Positions 54,443 through 64,000 of a DNA stretch of 64,000 nt are shown in pieces. A program made the position numbers and the translations under genes. The first letter of the stretch is position 1, and every line of letters starts with the position of its first letter. Source of the DNA: Phoronis australis (Eukaryota > Animalia > Phoronida); contig NMRA01000040.1 of assembly GCA_002633005.1 (NCBI GenBank), positions 141,362-205,361 of the forward strand, in the 5' to 3' direction. The notes beneath the pieces are model-generated. The model did not search any database. It saw nothing but the letters and a program-made list of their open reading frames with translations, and had not been told where the DNA came from.

Positions 54443-55380
54443 TAGGCAGTGACCATCGCCTCTGTTGGCCCGACCAGAGGTGATGCAGCTCCTATAGGCG
54501 CTCCATACGCCGGAAGCTTTTTGGCGAATTATGCCTCGCATTGGCTAAAGCATGAAAGTCACATTGTTATAAATATCTTTTGCGCATACAGGGACACCTT
54601 AGGAGGTTGTCGGTGTGTTGAATTCCTTCCAACTCGAACAAATACTTCCGTTATCGAACTTTTTGTTCGAGCAGTCACTCGTTCAGTTCCCAAAACTGTG
54701 AACTCACCATTTTTATGCTGCGCACGCTCCAATTTTTACCGCGCTCGCTTGGTGATGTGGCTTCATGACCTCAATCTTTAAATAGGCCAAAGGTGAGCCA
54801 TTGCAGTCTTGTCAGTCAAATGTTCGTTTCAAAAATGCCACCACTACTTGTCTTTAATTGGCGTTACTTAGAACTGATTGTATTTCAATGAGTTATTGTT
54901 TGCATTTGATAAAGATAAATGCTGTTGATATGACATTTAATATTTGACATTTTACTGTTTAACAACACGGCAAATGCATGGCTGGTTCCCGGAAGCACGT
55001 ACGCAGAGGACGGGGACTTCAGCTTTCAAAGTTCGCCGGTAGGACCGCAACTTCTGACCTTCGGCCTGGTTAAAAGAATGAGGTCATATCTCTTGGCGTG
55101 CGCCGAGTGAAAATGGTGGGTTCACGATTTTGGAAACTGAAATGGGGACTTCTCGAAGAAAAAGTTTGATAGCGGGAGTATTTGTTCGAATTGGAAGGAA
55201 TTAAACACATCGACAACCTCCTAAGGTGTTCCTCTATGCGCAAAAGATATTTATAACAACGTGACTTTGATGTTTTAGTCGGTGCGAGGCATAATTCGCC
55301 GAAATGCTTCCGGTGTATGGAGCGCCTATAGGAGCTGCATCGCCTCTGGTCGGGCCAACAGGGGCGATGGTCATTGCCTA
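54443..55380. mobile_element. Foldback non-autonomous DNA transposon with ~280-bp TIRs and 9-bp TSD (MULE-like; TAG termini could also fit hATm)
   Basis: TAGGCAGTGACCATCGCC../..GGCGATGGTCATTGCCTA; inverted match extends ~54443-54725 vs ~55095-55380; flanks ATTCTGATG / ATTCTTATG. Confidence 0.88.
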
Positions 55381-56018
55381 ATTCTTATGATGATCTGATG
55401 CGGCTAAGGGCATAACCATCCCACCATTTTTGATAGTCAGTGGAAGATAAATGTGACATTGTTTTAATGTAGCATTGTGCTTGGTCAAAGCCAAAGTTCA
55501 GCATTTGACCTTAGACTTGAATGCAGACTCAAAATTTTTGTACTCAAAACCGAGCTCACTGCAAGTGGGGTGTATTCCTCCGATGCTGTGTTGCATTTGA
55601 TTATGAATTCAGAGACTGGATAGATGGACCAGGACTTTAGTTCAAGTAAATGATCAAATTGCATACAGGGGTCATATTTTCTTGATGTTAAACATATATG
55701 ATAGCAATTAGTCATGGTGATATCTCACTAAGACTTGCATATGTTGCATTTTTTGCAAGAATATTGGTTTAAAGAGTGCAGGCTAGGTCTTAGATTTGAG
55801 TGATACATCTTGGACAGGCTTCAAGAAACTTCTGGAGCTCATTATCTCATGAGCTTAAGCAGTCTTAATTCATATTCATGCCTTCGGTCAGTGAGGCCTT
55901 GGTATGCATAACTAATGACCTTTATTCCTTAGACAAACTAACAGGAGAACTGTTTTCAGGTTTATTATATTTCTCTTAGGCAACATCAATACTATGGTTC
56001 AGTGACTTCAAAGACCAG

Positions 56019-56408
56019 GGCCCGGTCTCTAATCTTTGTACTCGAAACGAACTCGAAACTATTTTTGGCAATTTCTCTACTCCTTTTGTGCAAACTTAAG
56101 ATAATTGGTTATCAGACTGTGCTCGAATACATTATAGTTTATGCATAGGAGTTTCTAGTTCAAGTTTGTCCTTGAAGACCCTTATATTCGTGCTACAAAC
56201 TCGAGTAAAAACTCGAAATTTCGAGTTCAAACTCGAACTTAATGCTTTAATATTGGGTTTACAAACTGTGAACTAAGGGCAATAAATTATCTACTGTACT
56301 CGAGCATAGAATAATAGACACTTATCTTGAGTTCGCCCAAAAGTAGAGTGGAAAATGCCAAACCTAATTTCGAGTTCCATTTCGAGTAACAAGATTGGAG
56401 ACCGGGCC
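56019..56408. mobile_element. PIF/Harbinger-like MITE with CWG target, copy 2
   Basis: Near-identical to 52866-53265; CAG TSD. Confidence 0.9.
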
Positions 56409-57816
56409 CAGCTGCCAAATACATGTGCATGTGATCAAAGGTTGGGACATTATTGCAGATGCCTCCTCAGAGGCTATTGGACATGTATCTACTGAGGTTA
56501 AACCTTCTGTAATTTTAAGAGTGCGCTCGCATTATTGGCTAATCAAATTTTTATTGAAGCACCGTAATTGCTTAATTCGGGCCAAGTGGCGTATTGAAAT
56601 TGTGATGGCAAATGCGTCTTTTTTTCTTGTCATTCATTCAAATTCTAACACAATTTTGGGCAAAGTCACCACAAATTTTAAAGCGAATTATGGGTGAATT
56701 ATTGTCTGACTTTGTAGCGATGTTGCCAAACCCAATGTAAAGTTGCACTGGCATGTTGCTAGTTGCCAAACTAAGACCTGTGTTTCGTTTAACTGAAACG
56801 CAGTTAGCATTGAGATCCATCAGTAGTTAGCTGAAAAAACTGCACCTAAACATGCTTCCCAAACAACGAATGGGAGAAAGGAGCAGGAGAAATAAACTTG
56901 GTTGTGTAAATTGATCGGTAGATTTAAGTCCCTGTTTGTCAATTGACCCTTAGAATGATTCCTGCTTGTGTTTTGGAGAGCACTGTAGCTGTGGTCTTTG
57001 AAATAATGTTGTTACAATTCTGTTGTAAAATTTGGGATGGATCCTGTTGTTTGAGGATTTTCACGTTTCTTAACAAGCCTTGATGAATGACAGGTGTCAA
57101 GTATTAAATTCTAAATCAGATAATTTGAAAACAGTTGGAGAGTGCTGACTGAGTCACAAGGTATCATTTCTTGTAACAGTGTTCTTCTGAGGAAAACATT
57201 AGACAGGCAACAGCACAAGAGTCAGGGGTTGAGTATTGCCAGAAAAGGTGGTAACAGCGGCACACCTAATTCGATAAAGATAAAAAAATATCGACAACAA
57301 GTGCTACCAGATAAGGTCACTTGGTACACCTACTCATGGTCTGACCACAGCTGCCTGGCCACAATAGGGGTGACCTTTTTCTACCTTGTCCTGAAGTTCA
57401 CCATTTTGACCACACCAGGACCTGCTGATAAACACGAGGAAGACCTAATGTAAACATGGGCTGGTATCTTTATGGGTGGTTATGCAAGACTGGCTACTGG
57501 ACTTTTTTTGCACATGCTCCATTTGTTCCTTCTGTGATTACTCCACATGTGTGGCACATACTTGGAATGAAGCATTACCATTTGTTACCCTCTTGACAAT
57601 CCAGTGAGACTTGGAGAAAGACATTAGAGGGTGCAAAGTACAGTTTGTGGGGGGGAACATTACCCACTCTGTCTAAGGCATTGCAGTTTACCTTTCCTTA
57701 AATTACTCTCACTGGATAGTATGCATGCATTTAGACACCTGTGACTACCATATATGCACAATTTTGGAGTACAATTAAGGAGCAAATTTAATAGGTTTTG
57801 ATGATGGTTGAGTTAT

Positions 57817-58812
57817 TTTTATGCGCCCACATATTTATATGTGGACGCATTATGCTGTCATCTCCGTCCGTCCGTTCGGCGTCCGCTGCTCTGACTATCT
57901 CCAAAACCCTTTGACATATGTTCATGAAATTTGGCACATATGTTCCAATGATGAATGGGACGGCATGAGCAAACTTTCGGACGGATCCGATTACCGGTGT
58001 GCCCCCTAGTGGCAATTTTAGTTTTTTTACGATTTCCTTTGTATCTTCAAAAGTCTTTAACGGATTTTCATGAAATTTAATATGTAGGCACCTATTAGTG
58101 AGATGACGCTATCCTTCCGTTTTCGGATGGATTCGATGTAGTTGGCACCACCTAGTGGCCATGTTTACTGTTTTCGAGTCTGTTTTTTGCGTCCACCCCC
58201 TATCAACCAAACCGCTCAAAGGAGGATTGTGAAAATTGGCATGTTTGTGTTAACTATAAAGAGGATGGTTGACGATGATTTTCCGACGATTTCGACTACT
58301 GTGGCGCCTCCTAGTGGCAGTTTTGTTTTTGTTGCGTCTATGGCTGTATCTCCTAAACCGTTCGCAGGATCTTTACTTAATTTAGGAAGTGTATTTATAT
58401 GATGTTGACAATGGATGACAACGACTTTCGGACATATCTGACTACTGCTGTGCCCCCTCGTGACAATTTTATTTTTTTACGTTTAACCCAGTGTCTTCAA
58501 AGGCGGATCCAACGGACACTGTGCCCACTAGTGGCAATTTCATTTTATTCTGTTTTCCTTTGTTTCTCTGAAGTTCCTTGACAGATTTTTATGAAATATG
58601 GCATGTTCCTGTATTTGTATGGTTTTTGCGCTATCTAGTGGCTATTTTCATGATACAAATAAATAACCCTAAAAGCACACCATTTGCATTGCATTCGTGG
58701 GCGCATTTCAACGCTCCGCGTTGCTCTTGTTATGAAACAAATAATCAACCCTAGAAGCACTCTGTTTATGGTGCATTCGTGGGCGCATTTCAACGCTCCA
58801 CGTTGCTCTTGT
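57817..58812 (-). mobile_element. HINE/Helentron-like element, family A copy 3 (inverted; 5' ~82 bp tandemly duplicated)
   Basis: Palindrome ATGCGCCCACATATTTATATGTGGACGCAT at the left, GTCC microsatellite, core units, GTTGCTCTTGT ending at both 58730 and 58812. Confidence 0.82.
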
Positions 58813-61800
58813 TATAGTCGTTGTGGACAGAATGCCGACTGTGGTTATTGAAAAGTCCTGAAAAAGGATTTATATCAGCAAATATCCAGTTGAAGATATG
58901 CGCAAAAATGACGTTTACCTGCTACTTCAAATATATTTAGGTGTAGAGTCTAGTTCTATGAGGTAACGCACAGATAAGCAATTTGAATAAGTAAAAAACA
59001 TAGTGGTGACCTGACCTGTTACCCGAGTTGTTTCTGTCCTCCCGAACTCAACCTAGATTCCAAATTAATTTTCTGTGAGATGAAGATGTGGTTACTGTGT
59101 TGTTGCCAAGTTAACAGAAAAAATGACTTGGCTGACACACATTTTGTAGCTTTTGAAAAGAAAACAGGAAACATGTTTTGATAAACACTAAACTATCAAG
59201 CACATTTTCCCCTTGTTAAGTGTTTTTGTTTAGAAGTCATTGGCCTGTGCAACATGATGTGTTGTTTTTGAAATGTACTGTTAACTCGTGTTGTGTAATA
59301 TTATGCGATAGTGCAACTCAATTGTTTTCCTTTGCAAGTAAGTGCACAGTGTTTGAATCTAGTATTCCCAAATAGTTTGACCTTAAAACATGCAAAACGT
59401 CCCTGTTATAAATAATTGATGGGATCATTTTGGAATACATTAACTTTTCCAGGGAATTGAACTTTTGGCTAAATTTAGCTGTAAGTGTTCCTGTGAGACA
59501 CCAGTCAAAAAATGTCTGCATGGTCAGTTTGATTGTATACGCTGGATTAGAATTGGAAGTCGTTTTTTAGTAATTTTCTATTATTATCTTGAGGAGCCCT
59601 TTGTCAGTAATAGCATTTAAGGGTTTGAACATTTTTGAAATAGGAAAGTTTCTCCCATATTTACTGTTTGTGGTGAAAGATTAGAACACTGGCTTTGGTC
59701 TTATTAACATACAGTGACGGAGCTTTTCTATGGAAAACAGATTAGAGAAGTTATGTTTTATGGGATTGCTTCATGGATGTTCTTTTAACCCTACTCATAC
59801 AAACACAATGCAGTACTTTAGTTAAAGATGGTCTGAGCAATTGGTTAGTTATTGAGACGTCTCGTGATTTTCTCGTGATTGTCTCGTGTTTGTGAATGAG
59901 TAAATTGTTTTTGCTTACAACCAACGTGGTGTCTTTGGTGTTCAGTGCTTAGTTGACCCAGTTACATAAATTATTCAAATGAGATTGAGAAACAAAAAAC
60001 CAGATCTGAGTTTCGAATGCTGACTTACTGATTTTTTTTCTTACTTTTGCAAGCACTTTGATATGCTAATCAAATTTTCATTTATTCAAGTCTTTTCATG
60101 CTTGACATTTGTATCGTGTCCTCATGAAGGGCATTTTGTTGTGTGTTAATCTTTTTTGAGTTCAGGCACAAAATTTACCCGGTAGTCATTAGATAGTGAA
60201 TATCGAAAGTTACATTTCTTGAAATCATATAGTATTATCATTAAGAACAAGATTTAGGCAATAGTTTCATTGAGAACCTGTTAGATACCAGTTATTCAAT
60301 CGATAAAACCCATTCTCAAAATGCTTACCCCCCTCCCGTAGGTGACTAACAAACATTTATTTGAAACAAGATTAACATTGTGTTGTTATAGCTTACTCCT
60401 CTGCATTCTTGTTACCACACAAAACCACTCTAATATTTGCTTGTCACATGTTCCAACAACATGTTGGTTGTTTTTTCAGCTTTGCAAAGCTTTGGCAGTT
60501 CTCACAGTAAATGGTAGTTAGCTATTTTTGATGTTGCTTGTGCGTGAGGGCTTTTCATCTTTTCTCACAAAGATTTCTTACTCAAAATATTTTTAGAAAG
60601 TATGCAAGTGTTTAATATGCACAATCTTCTTTACACAGTTGCAGCAAATTATTGCATACTTTAAACTAACTGGAAATGTTGAACAACTAATATCCTTATA
60701 AAGTTTACTTTCAGTGAAATTAACATAACAGCTTCTAATACTGTTTTCTCATTACAGATGAAACAAGTATGAATTGTTCCGGATAATGGCAGTTGCTCAA
60801 TTTTTGTTGAATAGACCAATCTGTGTTATCTGATCCAGTTAATATGCCTGTGGTTAAATGATAGTTTTCATGACAGCTATGAGTCTAGAGTTTCACATGG
60901 GGGTGTTGCAGGACGACTGAAGTCCCAAGGAGGTAACCCTGGAACCTGGAGTTTTCTGAGTGTCGGAAATCAAATGCTGTCATTTATAGAAATTCTAGAC
61001 TGTTCTTTTGATAAGCTGTAGCTAAATGATGTCCTTATTTTTTGTAACCATTATTGTATTCTAACTTCCCATAAGCAAGATCAAAAACAATTGCCAGGCA
61101 CTTGGATGAGAAGTCTTCAATTGCAGTGATTTCTATCCCATGACTCCACATTCTGAATTCAGCTATCAATCGCTTAAGTCACTACCATTTTGTAAGGCAC
61201 ACGTGTTAGGTCCTGAGCATGCTCCTAAAATACTCGCCTTTCACTCGCGTGGTTTAATTTTTCATCGTCCCAAACTGGAGAATTTTTTACTGTAGCTGTT
61301 CAGTTCTATAGCGAAGTGATATTCTTGTGATTGTTGGGCCAACTACATCACTCCGCTATTGCTTCATGCATACTTAAGATGGGCTTGGGAAACATCAGTT
61401 TAAGCTAATTATACTTTAACAATTACCCGGGAATTGTAATTATACCGAACACAGGTCCAAACACCTAGGGTGTTCACCCTAAAAACATCTATAGGGTTTG
61501 AGCAAATGTGTTGCGGTTGCTAGATATTTATTACCAAGTCTTTTAAACTTTGTTAAATCCAAATTTCTGCAGTTAAACAGCTCATTTATGATTTGTTCAA
61601 GCTAAATTTAATTCTAATACTTGACTTGTCAATCCTCAGGTGAGGCAATGGGAAGTTCCAGAGGTTGCACTTAATACATCTAATCACCGTTGGCGTTTTG
61701 GGTTTCAATCATGTGTGATGAATTTGGTGAATCATTTGTCTAGGCAGCTAATTATTTCCAAGACTTGCCACTTGCCAACTCCATTTTTTAGAATAATGAT

Positions 61801-62940
61801 GTAACAATCAGTCAAGTATGGCTTCTTTCCAACATTTTTGTGTTTAGTTTGTAAATGTTTGCTACAAAATAAGTAATTTGTTAATTCACTGATTTTTGCT
61901 CCAAGTGGGCATTTTTGACATATTTGTTTTGTTTATCTTGGACTAGGTAGTTGGCTGTTGCCAATTTCATGCTTGTACGGTAGTCTCATTGCATCTTCAT
62001 CCTTTTCTTACCAGAAAACACTGGCACTACTGTAACCCCATCTAGTGTTTGGGCTGTAAACTGCACCATCATCTGCTGTTGTTTTGCTTTTGGCACACAA
62101 ATGTCACATATGTCAACAGACTTACTGAGCTCTGGGTAGTTACAACATGGTCAGTTCTCAAGATCGATTTAGGAACAGTAAGAGTTCTTTCCAATAGTTT
62201 GTGTTTTTAACTTTTGACCTTAAAATTGACAAAAGCCAGTGTAATATGCCTCTTCCCAAATTGAGATAGCATTTGCAAGAATATATGCGCTAATACACTT
62301 TGATTTCATGTAGTGTGGGCAGATTTAGGGCATCATATGGTGGTCAAAATTTCCACCTCAAGTGACACATACCTGATCTGTTGTTAATTTCAATTTGAAA
62401 TCTTTTATGCTGACTATCAAGAGTTATGGTAACAAGTCATAAAGTGATTTCGCAGATCCTTTTACTATTTTGTTTTTAGTTGGTGGTGAGATATGGGGAC
62501 CCTGGCACCTCTTAACTCTACAGGCCTGTTCATGTGACTCGTTTTTGTGGACATTTTTGCAAATCCAGTTTCACCAAATTTTGAAGAATTTAATGTGGAA
62601 AATGTTCCAGATGCTGGGACAGTTATTTACACTTTTATGACACTGCGGATGGTATAAGAATTTCCACTAACTTCCAAAAGGTCTCAAAATCTCTGTTGTC
62701 TCTCTATAAAAATTTGGTTTATCTAAAGATGTGGTCTGGCGAAGAGATGTTTGTATGTACAACCCATCCACCAATCTTCTTCATTGTGTTGGAGGCTGTA
62801 TGTCTATTCTCACTCTTGTATGTCTAACACCTAAAGATTTTAATCTCAGTTGAAACTGTTTTACTGCCAAACCTGCCTGTGGCAACAATACCCATTGCTG
62901 TCCCACGTGTCAATCAGCTAGTTAGAATAATTACGGTCTC

Positions 62941-63325
62941 TTTACTTGGCGAAATAAATTTCGCCAAGTATATTGCTCTGACACTATGTTTGTTTTTTTT
63001 TTTGTTTTTTTTTTTGTTTGTTCGCACGATACAGGTCGCAATTTTCGTCCGATCATCACGAAATTTACACATAACACGTACCTCCGGAAGTTCTGGAAGC
63101 CTATTGTTTTTCGTCGAAATCGGATCCAAGATGGCGGNCAAGTGTCGCACAAGACTGTAGCCTTTTTCTTACTGATTTCGGACCTCTACGTTCGCCATGT
63201 GTATGTTATTAATACTTCTTTTTTTCACCATCGTCGTCATATTCGTCATCTTTGTCATCATCTTTATCGTCATCTTTTTGGTTAATTTCGCCAAGGTTCG
63301 CTCCTCGGAGCGCTTTCATTACTTA
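62941..63325 (-). mobile_element. HINE-like family B element
   Basis: Hairpin TACTTGGCGAAAT-AA-ATTTCGCCAAGTA at 62943-62970, T/GTTT microsatellite, second ATTTCGCCAAG subterminal repeat at ~63285, (TCA/TCG)n tract. Confidence 0.7.
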
Positions 63326-63863
63326 TTTATTGTTGAATTTCATTGGAGAAAGCTGCAGTTGACCAACATGGTGAGACGACAGGATCGGTCTTGTCAAATC
63401 TTGAATGAATGTCAAGTTTTTTTATTTTGTCCTGGTCACTCAGAGTGCTGCTTTGTGAAAAGGTGTTCAGGAGTGTGCAATGGTGCAAAAGTATTCCCTA
63501 CCCTAAAGGCAACAACAACATCCCCCTGCTACTTGGGAGAGATCACAAAAAACAGTTGCTGAACTGTTTGATGCTATGCCCCAGACTTAAGTTCAAACTT
63601 TTCCAGGATATGGCTTTAGTTGGATTTTGATTATTTCATTAACTCCCATTAAGATTTTAAACCCAAACAGGTGATATTGTTTGAGGACGGTGTGTTGGGA
63701 TTCTACTCCATGTTAATCCCCACCCTTCATCTGGATTTGTTTTAATTGATTCTTAAGAACTGTTCAAATGGGCTTGCTGCTAATTGAATACACAATTCTG
63801 TACATAATTGGTAAGGCTTCTGGAGCCAAGGATTGCTGGTCTGATAAATTGTTAGCATAAACA

Positions 63864-64000
63864 GGCCTTTCCCACTTGTTCCACTGTTACTTAAGCTTGG
63901 GTCAATGGGAACACTTTTGGCTTCCATTTTTAATCGTCTATCAAAAAACTTAAGGCTTTGTCATCAAGTAAAAGTATATATTTTCAGAAAGAGACAAGAT
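63864..64000. mobile_element. Start of a MITE related to 32459-33148
   Basis: GGCCTTTCCCAC..GTCAATGGGAACACT matches the reverse complement of 33108-33148. Confidence 0.5.

Noticed and set aside
60901-60950. GC-richer patch with ttgcag..gtaacc as a candidate micro-exon
   Set aside because: In-frame stop (GAC GAC TGA) in the required phase and no collagen-like translation
63138-63138. Single N base
   Set aside because: Ambiguous base inside a repeat; the element appears continuous across it
63207-63319. Minus-strand acidic mini-ORF MKALRGANLGEINQKDDDKDDDK..
   Set aside because: Translation of the same microsatellite within a non-autonomous element
63197-63562. 121-aa ORF with a hydrophobic N-terminus and Cys residues
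   Set aside because: The hydrophobic stretch is a (TCA/TCG)n microsatellite inside the HINE-like family B element, and there is no exon structure
20-63927. Remaining 60-137 aa ORFs in the supplied track
   Set aside because: Intronic or repeat-derived with no recognisable domains; no transposase or reverse transcriptase remnants were seen. Only those overlapping the collagen exons in frame are partly real.

Overview
This is AT-rich animal genomic DNA, with no prokaryotic features, covering the 5' ends of two divergently transcribed genes. On the minus strand, 17 GT-AG exons (ATG at 35524, running off the left edge after 370) splice in frame to 1761 nt / 587 aa of a type IV collagen alpha1-type chain. 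That chain has a signal peptide, a Cys-rich 7S domain with the GCNGSK glycosylation motif, and interrupted Gly-X-Y repeats. On the plus strand, 1.4 kb from that ATG, two small exons encode only a signal peptide and are followed by an intron over 26 kb long. Position and exon phases suggest this is the head-to-head alpha2-type partner. The introns hold many non-autonomous DNA transposons: Harbinger-like MITEs, a CAGGG MITE with a 6-bp TSD, a foldback element with a 9-bp TSD, and two HINE/Helentron-like families. The most striking observation is that one HINE-like family consists of ~150-bp tandem units, each carrying a near-consensus CTCF motif. Its three copies flank the shared promoter with all motifs pointing toward it. 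Almost all ORFs in the supplied track are spurious. Comparisons with human exon sizes are from memory and need checking.
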